Counted from the stretch's first letter, positions 51,894 to 59,701 are shown. The stretch is DNA of 64,000 bases from Bosea sp. (in: a-proteobacteria) (GCA_017307955.1 JAFKFV010000017.1:30508-94507); one strand, 5' to 3'. A program made the numbers and translations. The notes: a model not told the origin generated them from the letters alone.

Positions 51894-52246
51894 GCAGCCA
51901 CCGCGGCCGTCTTGATGGCCCCCCATTGGCGCAGGATCTCTGTTGCCTCAGATAGCGACTTTGCGACGGCGTAAAGCGCGCCGGCCTCATCGCATGAGGC
52001 AGCAAAGGCCTTCTGCTCTGGCGATGAGCGGCCCTTTGCAGATTTCAGCTCAAGGAATGCCGCGCGACCACCTGGTAGCGTAAGGCAGAAATCAGCGACA
52101 CCCGGCCGAACTCCCATGGCCTTGAGCCGGTTTCCGGTGCGCGTATCGCGAAGCTCTCCGTTGGGCACATGGAACCAAATGAGGCCCGGCCGAGCGGTGA
52201 ATTTCAGCAGCTGCACCACCGCTTTGTGGAGATCGTGTTCGGTCAT
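51890..52246 (-). CDS. VRR-NUC domain nuclease
   Basis: HVPNGE...MGVRPGVADFCL...AFLELKSAKGRSSPEQKAF matches the VRR-NUC (PD-(D/E)xK) pattern. ATGA overlap with the HNH stop. Confidence 0.8.
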   Translation of the reverse strand: MTEHDLHKAVVQLLKFTARPGLIWFHVPNGELRDTRTGNRLKAMGVRPGVADFCLTLPGGRAAFLELKSAKGRSSPEQKAFAASCDEAGALYAVAKSLSEATEILRQWGAIKTAAVAA

Positions 52247-52584
52247 CTGCGCTCCACCGTTCCATCCATGCGCTTGCGCCAGCCTGAAGCTTTGGAACCA
52301 GGCAGCGGGCGGCTTGTCTTCGTTCTGGCGCCGATATGCGCGGCGCGCTGGCGGTTGGCCTTGGCGATGCGCGGCACGTCCCCATGGGCCGTTTTGGCGC
52401 CGTGGCAGCCGTCGCAAAGAACCTCGCAGTTTTCGAGCACAGGCTCGCCGCCGAGGGCATCGGGCAGTACGTGGTCATAGGCGAACTTGCCGGGGAACAG
52501 CTTGGAGCCGCACTGCTCACAGAAGCCGGCCGCGCGCTGAAAGGCCTGTGTCCGCACTTTGGAGGGGAACTCGCGGCGGGCCAT
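52243..52584 (-). CDS. HNH endonuclease
   Basis: CEQCG...DHVLP...N...LCDGCH arrangement. Confidence 0.85.
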   Translation of the reverse strand: MARREFPSKVRTQAFQRAAGFCEQCGSKLFPGKFAYDHVLPDALGGEPVLENCEVLCDGCHGAKTAHGDVPRIAKANRQRAAHIGARTKTSRPLPGSKASGWRKRMDGTVERR

Positions 52585-52586
52585 GT

Positions 52587-52838
52587 TCAGTATTCCAGAA
52601 CGTATTTCTTGGCTTCTTCCTTTGTCATTTCCTCCCCGGTCCAGTTGTTCACGATCGTGCCGTCAAGAATGTCGATCAGGTCACAAAGCGCCTGCTTTTG
52701 GTCTTGAGTATCGTGTTGCGCCATAGCGCTTAGCGATGTCGGACCGGCCAAATACCTACGCACGGCTTCTTTTGAAGCATCTGTTTCCAGATGCCATCCC
52801 TTCAGCGTGCCCCATTTCAAATCAATATGTTCGCTCAT
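52587..52838 (-). CDS. hypothetical protein (83 aa)
   Basis: Acidic, with lower GC. Confidence 0.55.
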   Translation of the reverse strand: MSEHIDLKWGTLKGWHLETDASKEAVRRYLAGPTSLSAMAQHDTQDQKQALCDLIDILDGTIVNNWTGEEMTKEEAKKYVLEY

Positions 52839-53353
52839 GCTGCCTCCGCTTTGGTAAGGTCATTCGTGCTGACGCCGATCATGTCCGCGATCTTGTCCAG
52901 CACCGCGCGCTTGCTGGCCTCAAACTCGGCCTTGCCCATCGCCCGCATGTTCTGGCTTTTGGCCGTGAAGCGAGTCACGACAGCGCCCTGCACGGTCACG
53001 ATGCTGAATTCGTCGATCGGCCGGATGAACGCGGCGAGACGCACAGCCTCAGCCTTCGACGACGCGACCAAGGTTTCGCTATCGCTGTAGCCGGCACGGA
53101 TCAGGCACCACTTGCGAAGGTGTTCCGCGGTGGGGAATTGGTCCGCCAGATGCTCGGGAAGGCTCTGCCACCCCTCGTTCACCGCGGCGAAATACTGGCG
53201 GTGCGAAGCCGAGGAACGGTCCTCGACATGCACTAGGTTGACGATCTCGCCATCGCCATAGGCCTTGGCGCAGCGGCGCGCGATGCCCTCATTCAGCGGC
53301 ACCATCGCCTTTGCTTTATCGGACCAGTAGAATGGGAGAGGCGGCGCCGTCAT
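52835..53353 (-). CDS. hypothetical recombination-module protein (172 aa)
   Basis: Located between the exonuclease and HNH genes. No motif recognised. Confidence 0.6.
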   Translation of the reverse strand: MTAPPLPFYWSDKAKAMVPLNEGIARRCAKAYGDGEIVNLVHVEDRSSASHRQYFAAVNEGWQSLPEHLADQFPTAEHLRKWCLIRAGYSDSETLVASSKAEAVRLAAFIRPIDEFSIVTVQGAVVTRFTAKSQNMRAMGKAEFEASKRAVLDKIADMIGVSTNDLTKAEAA

Positions 53354-53356
53354 GGC

Positions 53357-54010
53357 TCAGCCCGCCATCAGAAGATTGACTGGCGGCTCATAGCCTTCCG
53401 GCAGGCCATAGGCCCGAATGCGGCTGACCACGCCGTCCAGCTCGTCATTGAACTGATCGACGGCCGCCTCAAGATCCTTGAGATAGGGCTCGTCGCGATA
53501 GGCGCGCTTCACAAAGAGCGGCAGCCCCGGCCAATAGACCGCAATGTCGATCCATTCGCGCTCGGCAACCCATAGCGCGCCCTGGCACTGCGCCTTGTGC
53601 TCGGCCGGGAACTTGTCGGCGAGAATGGTTTCGATCAGCAGATGCGGCAGCTTTGTCTTAATCTCGAGCATGCCGCTTTCGCCGATTAGCGAATCCGGCG
53701 AGCACCCCTTGCGTCCGTTGACGATGAAGCCGATGCGCTCCGGCTCGGCGTCGAACATGAAGGCGTATTCCCGGCGGGCGTCGTCCTCCATGACCTTGCC
53801 GCGCTCCATATGAGCGTTGCTGTAGCTCTCCGTTGGCTGGCCAGTGATGATCTCGCCTGCCAGCGTGTACAGGTACTTGCGCCTGGTCACGCTGGCGCCA
53901 CCGTCCTTGCCCTTGGCCATGACCGTCGCGAACTCGCTGGCGGTCGGCATGCCGGCTCTGGCACGGAACCACTCGGTTGTGCCCTGCTCACAATCGACGA
54001 CGCGCATCAT
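53357..54010 (-). CDS. YqaJ-type (lambda Exo-like) recombination exonuclease
   Basis: N-terminal QGTTEWFRARAGMPTASEF and the PD-(D/E)xK core CSPDSL...LEIKT. Confidence 0.85.
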   Translation of the reverse strand: MMRVVDCEQGTTEWFRARAGMPTASEFATVMAKGKDGGASVTRRKYLYTLAGEIITGQPTESYSNAHMERGKVMEDDARREYAFMFDAEPERIGFIVNGRKGCSPDSLIGESGMLEIKTKLPHLLIETILADKFPAEHKAQCQGALWVAEREWIDIAVYWPGLPLFVKRAYRDEPYLKDLEAAVDQFNDELDGVVSRIRAYGLPEGYEPPVNLLMAG

Positions 54011-54792
54011 TCGGTCACCTCGCGAGTAGCGGTGTCGCGAGCGCGGTCAAGCTTCGCCTTGCGCTCCAGAAGCCGGCGCATGATGCCGGGGAGCATGTCT
54101 ACGGTGATTTCGGCGAGGGCTTCGATGTTGAACGATGCGCAGAACTTATCGATGCTCAGATTGACGTCATCGATAAGCTGGCGAAGCGCGGCCATCTCGT
54201 CGGGGCCGATCGGCGCGCTCTCGACTTCATCCGCTTTCCCGCCGTCATCGTCGTTCGACGCAGCCAGCCCAAGCGCGGCCTTGAGCGTGTAGCGCTGCAA
54301 ATAGGTCAGCGTGCTACCGATGGCCTGAATGCTGTTCTTCTTGCCGCTCTCATCTTTTCCGGCCATCAGCGTATTCTCCTCGCTGTGGCCGTCGCGATGC
54401 GAAACGATGCACGTCACCGTGATCGGCTGATTCACTTCGCTCGTGGTGCGAAAGCGATAGGACAGGCCATGTTTGCCGAGGATCGGGTCGACCGTCCGCG
54501 CGATCTCAGCGAGATCCTCGTGCCGGTAGTTCGTGCTGCCCTTGCCGTCCTTGTTGTCGTATCCGACTGAGCGGTTTTTCGCGATCGTCGGGATTTCGGC
54601 TTTCGCAGCGGCCATCGCCTCGTCGAACGCGCGCCGCGCCTGATTGGCCTCCCAGCGCTCTTGAAGCGCCATCAGCTTCTCAATCGTTTCGATGCTGGCG
54701 TTCTGCTCAACCGCGATCCCGATCATGCCCATGGGATTGTGCACGGCAGCCTGCTGGCGGTTTTGCGGCTCCATAACGGTCACGGTGTTCAT
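54007..54792 (-). CDS. ERF-family single-strand annealing protein
   Basis: YRHEDLAEIARTVDPILGKHGLSYRF...HRDGHSE...QAIGSTLTYLQRYTLKAALGL follows the ERF pattern. Partnered with the YqaJ exonuclease. Confidence 0.75.
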   Translation of the reverse strand: MNTVTVMEPQNRQQAAVHNPMGMIGIAVEQNASIETIEKLMALQERWEANQARRAFDEAMAAAKAEIPTIAKNRSVGYDNKDGKGSTNYRHEDLAEIARTVDPILGKHGLSYRFRTTSEVNQPITVTCIVSHRDGHSEENTLMAGKDESGKKNSIQAIGSTLTYLQRYTLKAALGLAASNDDDGGKADEVESAPIGPDEMAALRQLIDDVNLSIDKFCASFNIEALAEITVDMLPGIMRRLLERKAKLDRARDTATREVTE

Positions 54793-54971
54793 CTCATAGC
54801 CCTCGCGTCTTCACGGATACGGTGGAGGCTGTTTGCGACCGCCGCCTCTGGCAGTCTCAGCAGCTCGGATATGTCCTTGGTGTTTCGGCCGGCTCGCCAG
54901 AGTGCATGAGCCCTGAGCAGAAGGTCTTCATCGGGGATGACGGGGGCCGAATGCTTGATGCGGGCAGTCAT
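54789..54971 (-). CDS. small HTH protein (60 aa)
   Basis: RNTKDISELLRLPEAAVANSLHRIRE resembles a sigma-r4/LuxR-type HTH. Confidence 0.5.
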   Translation of the reverse strand: MTARIKHSAPVIPDEDLLLRAHALWRAGRNTKDISELLRLPEAAVANSLHRIREDARAMR

Positions 54972-55804
54972 TACGCCCCTCCACGGTCAAAGACCGGCGC
55001 ATCAATCCTCTCAAGAAAATCTTGCCTCGCCTCCGGAGATGCTGCGTTCCATGCGCTCATGAGGCGCGCGACTTGCTTTTCCTTGGCCTCAAAGTCGTTC
55101 AGCGGTTCGTCGGCTAGCTTGGTATCGCTCTTCGCTTCTCGAATTCGGCGGCGCTCGACCAGAAGATCGCGCTCGATTGCCGCAATCTGGTCGTTTGGCG
55201 TCATTCGCTTGAGCTTGTCGAGATAAGTGCCAGTATCAAGGTGCGTACCGCGGATAAGGTTCAGCGCCTCTTCAGTGACCTTCTCGCCACGCTCGGCGTC
55301 GAGCTGCACGACGCGCTCTGACTTGCCAATTGCCTTGGCGGTGTTCTCCGTGAAGCTTTCGAGCTCATTTTCAAGTCGCAAAGTTTGCGACTTGAAAGAC
55401 CTGCGGTCTCCTCCGTGCTTTGTCTCTTCGTGCGCCGCCTCGTAAATCTCCTTGCGCCGAGCCGTAAACTTCGCCCTGTCGGACGGAGAAAGTTCCGCCC
55501 GGCAAAGGTTTTCGTCGATCATGATCAGTTCATTGATCATGTCGTCCGCCTCGCTAACGATGCAGGGAATAGTCTCCATCTTCAGCGTCACGGCGCAGGC
55601 CTCGTATCTGTGATTGCCGGCAATGATCTCCCATGCCTCAGCTTTTGCGCCGTGGCGGATTTTCATGGCCTTCTTCACGACAATTGGATTGATGAGGCCA
55701 CGCTCGCGGACGCTCTCGGCGATCCTTGCGACGACGGCGCGGTCGATGGCCCGCCCCTCGTTCGGCGGATAGATGAGCGCGGCAGGGAGATCGATTACCT
55801 GCAA
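54971..55804 (-). CDS. ParB N-terminal (ParB/Srx fold) domain protein, copy B
   Basis: LINPIVV...IIAGNHRYEA motif. TTG 55804 with GAAGAGGGG upstream; the track start 55909 overlaps the upstream gene. Confidence 0.65.
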   Translation of the reverse strand: MQVIDLPAALIYPPNEGRAIDRAVVARIAESVRERGLINPIVVKKAMKIRHGAKAEAWEIIAGNHRYEACAVTLKMETIPCIVSEADDMINELIMIDENLCRAELSPSDRAKFTARRKEIYEAAHEETKHGGDRRSFKSQTLRLENELESFTENTAKAIGKSERVVQLDAERGEKVTEEALNLIRGTHLDTGTYLDKLKRMTPNDQIAAIERDLLVERRRIREAKSDTKLADEPLNDFEAKEKQVARLMSAWNAASPEARQDFLERIDAPVFDRGGA

Positions 55805-55806
55805 GA

Positions 55807-56766
55807 TCAGCCCCTCTTCCCGCTGATAGGCGTGCCTGCAATGCGAAGCACGGCGTTCTGAGCGATCTTGATGATTGATAGGGGGCGACGCTCGAAATAG
55901 GCGTTCCACGCGACGGCTGCGGCCATCACACCCTGGCCATGAATGCCGGCGCTTGCGTCTCGGGTCATGAGATCGCGCACAAAGACGTGGCGCGGATCAT
56001 TGCGCTTGAGCCCGTCGTTTCGCGACGTGCCGCGCCAGAAGTCAAAAGCCTTCTGCTCCTGGTACCGCATCGTCATCAGCGCGGCGGCGAAGGTAGACGC
56101 GCGAAGGATACGGGGACGTAGGTCGGACTGTGCTCCGGTAAGCGCTTCCTCCATCTTGCGCGCCGCAGGCCACCACGGCTCGCAGGCCTCCACGCGGAGA
56201 TCGACGATGCGGAGTTTTGCCGCGTTCTCGCCCCTCACGGTGTAGTTGCTCGGAACGATGAAGCCGTTGGCAATGATGCCGATAGCGCCATAGGTGGCGG
56301 AGGCAATCGTCTTCGATACCCCGTGGTCGGCGGCGAGATCGATAGCATTGAGGATTTGCTGTGATGTGCGGCGCCGCATCACGGTATCGAACCGGTAGTA
56401 GAGCGCCCGGACTTCTTCCGGAGTGCTGCACATGTTGACCGCGACACGGAATTCGACTTCGCGGCCATAGGCGATGATGGCATGGAGACGATGCTGGCCG
56501 TTGACCAGCGTCAGATTGCCGTTGAGGCGAGCGAAGGTGATGGGATCAGACAGTTCCCAAAGGCCGCGCCTCATCATCTCGGCGTAGACGGAAACGTCTT
56601 TCTGTTCGACCTTGCGCTGACCGCCGTAGTTCGCCTCCCGCAGGATCGTTTCCGCGAGATCGGGGCCGATCAGCATACGGCCCTCTTTGATCTGAGTTTC
56701 CCACGGGCGAATGGCCCGAATTTCTCCGTGCGTATTGATGCTGGCCGTCCTGTGGAATAGATTCAT
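55807..56766 (-). CDS. ParB/Srx-fold protein with DGQHR-like motif (LVNGQHRLHAI), copy A
   Basis: ATG 56766 with a GGAG RBS. 319 aa. Confidence 0.6.
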   Translation of the reverse strand: MNLFHRTASINTHGEIRAIRPWETQIKEGRMLIGPDLAETILREANYGGQRKVEQKDVSVYAEMMRRGLWELSDPITFARLNGNLTLVNGQHRLHAIIAYGREVEFRVAVNMCSTPEEVRALYYRFDTVMRRRTSQQILNAIDLAADHGVSKTIASATYGAIGIIANGFIVPSNYTVRGENAAKLRIVDLRVEACEPWWPAARKMEEALTGAQSDLRPRILRASTFAAALMTMRYQEQKAFDFWRGTSRNDGLKRNDPRHVFVRDLMTRDASAGIHGQGVMAAAVAWNAYFERRPLSIIKIAQNAVLRIAGTPISGKRG

Positions 56767-56846
56767 TGCGATCTCCAATGATCGAGGCCCTGTTCTGCGG
56801 TGAGATGCGGACGGGGCCTTTTTCGTCCGGCCGCGAACCTGTTTCG

Positions 56847-57353
56847 CTAGCGCGCTGCGCCGATCCGCTGATCCAGGGCGCTCCTGCCCAACTGCGGATC
56901 GCCCATCAGCATCGCCGTCAGCGTCGTGTACTCGCCCCAGCGCGGTCGCGGCGGAATGGGCGGGTCGCCGTCGCGCCGGCAATTCGCGCCGGCTGCCCAT
57001 GGGCGCTCGGGCTTCGGTGGCAGGCCGCGGTCATTGAGGAAATTGCGGACAGTCTCGCTCTTGATCGAGATGTCGAACGTGCTGGTCAGATGCGTGGCGA
57101 TCTCCTTCGCGGTCATCGTCTCGCGAAGCTGGAGGCACGCCTCAACCACCGCTGGTGGCCAACGCGACTGTCCGCCGGGGCCGCGAAGCTTGATGCCGTA
57201 GCGCCGCGACGCCTGGCTGATGGCGGTGCGGGAGACAGTCAGCCCAAACTCGTGCTCGATCGCGGCGGCGATTGTCGCGGTTGACAGGCCGGCCTCGGCG
57301 ATCTCGCGGAGCGTGTCGACCATGGGCGGCGTCCAGCGGATGGGGCTAGGCAT
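56847..57353 (-). CDS. GcrA-like regulator with duplicated N-terminal HTH module
   Basis: W(T/P)PxxV...L...GLS/MTAxEIA... occurs twice, resembling the GcrA N-terminal domain. Confidence 0.55.
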   Translation of the reverse strand: MPSPIRWTPPMVDTLREIAEAGLSTATIAAAIEHEFGLTVSRTAISQASRRYGIKLRGPGGQSRWPPAVVEACLQLRETMTAKEIATHLTSTFDISIKSETVRNFLNDRGLPPKPERPWAAGANCRRDGDPPIPPRPRWGEYTTLTAMLMGDPQLGRSALDQRIGAAR

Positions 57354-57711
57354 GGCGGGCTTCCCTTGTCAGGACTGCCTTGATCTGGCGAAGGCTCGTT
57401 TGAGCCTCTTCCATCGCGTCTGAATGAGGGTCAGCGCCAATAGCCATAAGGGTTTGGATTTCATGCTCATGAGCAGCGACTTCCGCTTGAAGCTCAGCGA
57501 TGACGAGCCAGCGCATGCGGTCGTAGACGTGAGCGGCGATTTTCTTGAGCCTGCCTTTGCGCAGGTTTTCCAGAGTCCCGGGAGACGCGCCCACCTTGGC
57601 CGCAACCCGCTCGCGCGCCTGATTGAGCGGGAGGCCGCTTCGAGCGCGCTCCCTGTCCTCGAGAACCCGGCCCCAGTCACGGGCGCGGTCATTGTACGTC
57701 AGGGCTGACAT
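57346..57711 (-). CDS. hypothetical HTH protein (121 aa)
   Basis: ATG 57711 with a GGAG RBS. The upstream in-frame extension of the track ORF is judged non-coding. Confidence 0.55.
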   Translation of the reverse strand: MSALTYNDRARDWGRVLEDRERARSGLPLNQARERVAAKVGASPGTLENLRKGRLKKIAAHVYDRMRWLVIAELQAEVAAHEHEIQTLMAIGADPHSDAMEEAQTSLRQIKAVLTREARHA

Positions 57712-57760
57712 ATCACTCTCCGGGGGATGCATTGACCTTGGCTCCTGATCCAGTCTGCGC

Positions 57761-58000
57761 TTGCGAGACGACAGCAGATGCGGAGCCCAACCATGCGAGA
57801 CGCGAATGCCCAGCCAGCCGAAGCCGTGGGCGATGAAGATCAGGAACCGCCATGACGATGCGTGGCGCTCCGTCGGTGAGGTGGCGGCGGCGATCCGGGA
57901 GGACTTGGACCGCCGCCGCCTGGCGCACCCGTCCGGGGAGGGAGCGGCCGGGTTGCGGGAAGAAAAGGCGGGAGCGCTCGAAGCAGCTCGCCGCAAGTAG
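57761..58000 (+). CDS. small plus-strand ORF (55-79 aa depending on start) antisense to the leftward early transcription unit
   Basis: Over 57881-57940, plus-frame codon position 3 is 20/20 G/C, position 1 is 17/20 and position 2 is 11/20, which fits plus-strand coding. Internal ATGs at 57806 and 57833. Confidence 0.4.
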   Translation: MRDDSRCGAQPCETRMPSQPKPWAMKIRNRHDDAWRSVGEVAAAIREDLDRRRLAHPSGEGAAGLREEKAGALEAARRK

Positions 58001-58022
58001 GCCGCGGGGAGGAGGCGCGGCC
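58000..58022. other. hairpin GGCCGCG-N9-CGCGGCC between convergent ORFs
   Basis: Perfect 7-bp stem. No U tract on either strand. Confidence 0.35.
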
Positions 58023-58107
58023 GGGGAAATATTGCTGGCGACTTTCTCCACGCACGCGCCAGCCAGCGCGTCGGTTTGCGCCGGATCCAACGATCGGCGC
58101 CGGAAGC

Positions 58108-58293
58108 TCACGACCGCGCCGCCTTTCTCGCCATCACGTAGATGACGAGCGCGAATGCCGCGAGAACCGGGAGCCCTACCGCGAGAACGGAGCGGTTCTG
58201 GTCAACCGTGATGACGCCGACGATTTGCGCCGCGGAAAGGGTGATGAATGCCGTGGCGAGAAGGCCGCAGATGGCTTGGGCGATGACGTTCAT
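58108..58293 (-). CDS. small 2-TM membrane protein (61 aa)
   Basis: MNVIAQAICGLLATAFITLSAAQIVGVI...LAVGLPVLAAFALVIYVMA. ATGA overlap with the upstream small ORF. Confidence 0.55.
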   Translation of the reverse strand: MNVIAQAICGLLATAFITLSAAQIVGVITVDQNRSVLAVGLPVLAAFALVIYVMARKAARS

Positions 58294-58454
58294 CACAGCC
58301 ACCACTTCGCAGTGAGGCAGGCAATGACGACAGCGCCCACCATGATGCCGCAGGCCCACAGACATCCTTTGGCAAACGAACCGCCTTCGTCCTCAGACGA
58401 GGTTTGGCCGCGAAGGCTATCGGCATAGTCGATATCGGTCGGATGCTGGTTCAC
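58293..58454 (-). CDS. small 1-TM membrane protein (53 aa; below ORF-track cutoff)
   Basis: GTG 58454 overlaps the TGA of the Cro-like gene (GTGA). Hand translation is VNQHPTDIDYADSLRGQTSSEDEGGSFAKGCLWACGIMVGAVVIACLTAKWWL. Confidence 0.5.
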   Translation of the reverse strand: MNQHPTDIDYADSLRGQTSSEDEGGSFAKGCLWACGIMVGAVVIACLTAKWWL

Positions 58455-58666
58455 GATGCCTCCTGCATCTCGTGCGCTCTGGAGGTGATGAACCGCCGGA
58501 CGCGATCACGCGTCGCTTGGCGCGGCTCCCTGCCCCCTCGCAGTTGAAAGACAAACAGCGGGTCGCCCGCCGCCTCGCGACCGAAACGGGTCGGGGTCCA
58601 GCCGCTGGTTTCGATGAAGGCCTCGACAGAGGCGCGAAAGGCTTCGATCTCGCTCATGCCCTGCAT
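58451..58666 (-). CDS. Cro-like small DNA-binding protein (divergent from repressor)
   Basis: 71 aa, diverging from the S24 repressor across the operator region. Putative HTH at WTPTRFGREAAGDPLFVFQL. Confidence 0.6.
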   Translation of the reverse strand: MQGMSEIEAFRASVEAFIETSGWTPTRFGREAAGDPLFVFQLRGGREPRQATRDRVRRFITSRAHEMQEAS

Positions 58667-58670
58667 CTTA

Positions 58671-58706
58671 TAGGCCTATTCCTACGATGCAAGAGGGAAA
58701 ATCCTA
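58671..58706. promoter_or_regulatory. operator cluster 1: TAGGCCTATTCCTA (58671-58684) and GAGGGAAAATCCTA (58693-58706, rc TAGGATTTTCCCTC)
   Basis: 14-bp TAGG-N6-CCTA palindromic-end motif between the divergent Cro-like and CI-like genes. Confidence 0.6.
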
Positions 58707-59397
58707 CGCGCTTCAAAAATCGCGATCCGATAGCGTCAAGGCCATGGATGCCGTGCGCGCTCTCATTGAGCAGATCGTCAAGGACCGGAAGATTGAGCTG
58801 GCCGCGCTCTCGCGCGAGCTGGGCAAGAACCACGCCTACATGCAGCAGTTCCTCAAGCGCGGCGTGCCGGGCAAGTTGCCCGAGGACGTGCGCTCGCGCC
58901 TTGCGGAGTTCCTTGGCGTTGACGAGGTTGCGCTAGGTGCGCCGCCGTCGAGGCGTGAGCCCGAGGCTGCGGAAGCGCCCGGCTATTTCAGTATCCCGGT
59001 CCACGACGTGCGCGCGTCGGCCGGCCAAGGCGCGATGATCGACGTGGAAAGCGAGGTTGGCCGGTGGCCGTTCCCCGTCGATTATCTCAAGGGCGCCCTG
59101 TCTTTGCGGACGCGCCAGCTAAGCCTTATCGAGGTTATCGGTGACAGCATGGAACCGACGCTTAGGAGCGGAGATCGCATCCTGGTGGATCTTGGCGACC
59201 AGTCCATTGAGCAAGGCGGCGTGTTCGCGATCTACGACGGCACGGTCACGGTCGTGAAGCGCATTGAAAAGGTGCCCGGCAGTGAGCCGGCCGAAGTCGT
59301 ACTGATGAGCGACAATCCGCTCCACAATGACTATCGCGTGCTGGCGGACATGGTGCATGTCGCTGGCCGCGTCGTCTGGTTCGGCCGACGCATGTAG
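58687..59397 (+). CDS. CI-like repressor, HTH plus S24 (LexA-type) autopeptidase domain
   Basis: HTH ELAALSRELGKNHAYMQQFLKRG; S24 catalytic Ser in GDSMEP and Lys in VVKRI. The true start may be ATG 58744, which would leave both operators intergenic. Confidence 0.85.
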   Translation: MQEGKSYALQKSRSDSVKAMDAVRALIEQIVKDRKIELAALSRELGKNHAYMQQFLKRGVPGKLPEDVRSRLAEFLGVDEVALGAPPSRREPEAAEAPGYFSIPVHDVRASAGQGAMIDVESEVGRWPFPVDYLKGALSLRTRQLSLIEVIGDSMEPTLRSGDRILVDLGDQSIEQGGVFAIYDGTVTVVKRIEKVPGSEPAEVVLMSDNPLHNDYRVLADMVHVAGRVVWFGRRM

Positions 59398-59422
59398 CCA
59401 ACCCGGCCTCGCCGCGCCTTAA

Positions 59423-59446
59423 AGCCCGCCTCGCGCGGGCTTTTTT
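59423..59446 (+). terminator. rho-independent terminator after the repressor gene
   Basis: AGCCCGC-CTCGC-GCGGGCT followed by TTTTTT. Confidence 0.75.
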
Positions 59447-59483
59447 GTGCCCAGCAACCCTCATAGGAAAATAACGACGCCGG

Positions 59484-59523
59484 TAGGCTTTTCCCTATTG
59501 ACGCCTACGTAGGACTATTCCTA
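59484..59523. promoter_or_regulatory. operator cluster 2: TAGGCTTTTCCCTA (59484-59497) and TAGGACTATTCCTA (59510-59523)
   Basis: Same 14-bp motif as cluster 1, overlapping the rightward promoter elements. Confidence 0.6.
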
Positions 59524-59527
59524 TAGT
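59498..59527 (+). promoter_or_regulatory. sigma70-like rightward early promoter TTGACG-N18-TATAGT
   Basis: -35 at 59498-59503 and -10 at 59522-59527, sandwiched by the two operators and upstream of the first rightward ORF. Confidence 0.5.
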
Positions 59528-59560
59528 CCCCCATCACCACACCGAACCGAGGGCAAGTGG

Positions 59561-59701
59561 ATGGGCATTCAGTTGATCGAGAAAACCGCCAAGACCGAAA
59601 TCTGGCTGATCGATGGCGAGTACTGGGTCTACGGCGTCTGCCGTGATCCGCGCGTCGTTCAGTCGATCGGCATGGCTCGCTCGCTGGCGGCGTCGGCGTG
59701 A
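59561..59701 (+). CDS. small hypothetical protein (46 aa; below ORF-track cutoff)
   Basis: ATG 59561 sits 7 nt after GAGGG. Its stop overlaps the GTG of the next ORF. Confidence 0.4.
   Translation: MGIQLIEKTAKTEIWLIDGEYWVYGVCRDPRVVQSIGMARSLAASA

Noticed and set aside
54971-56766. Plasmid-type partition system (ParAB) implying a phage-plasmid lifestyle
   Set aside because: No ParA/Walker ATPase and no centromere-like repeat array are present, and the element is integrated at a tRNA att site.
57713-58111. 132-aa minus-strand ORF, and the N-terminal extension of ORF 57346-57996
   Set aside because: The products are Ala/Pro/Arg/Ser-rich. Codon-position G/C counts over 57881-57940 favour the plus-strand frame. 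The downstream gene has a good RBS at its internal ATG 57711.
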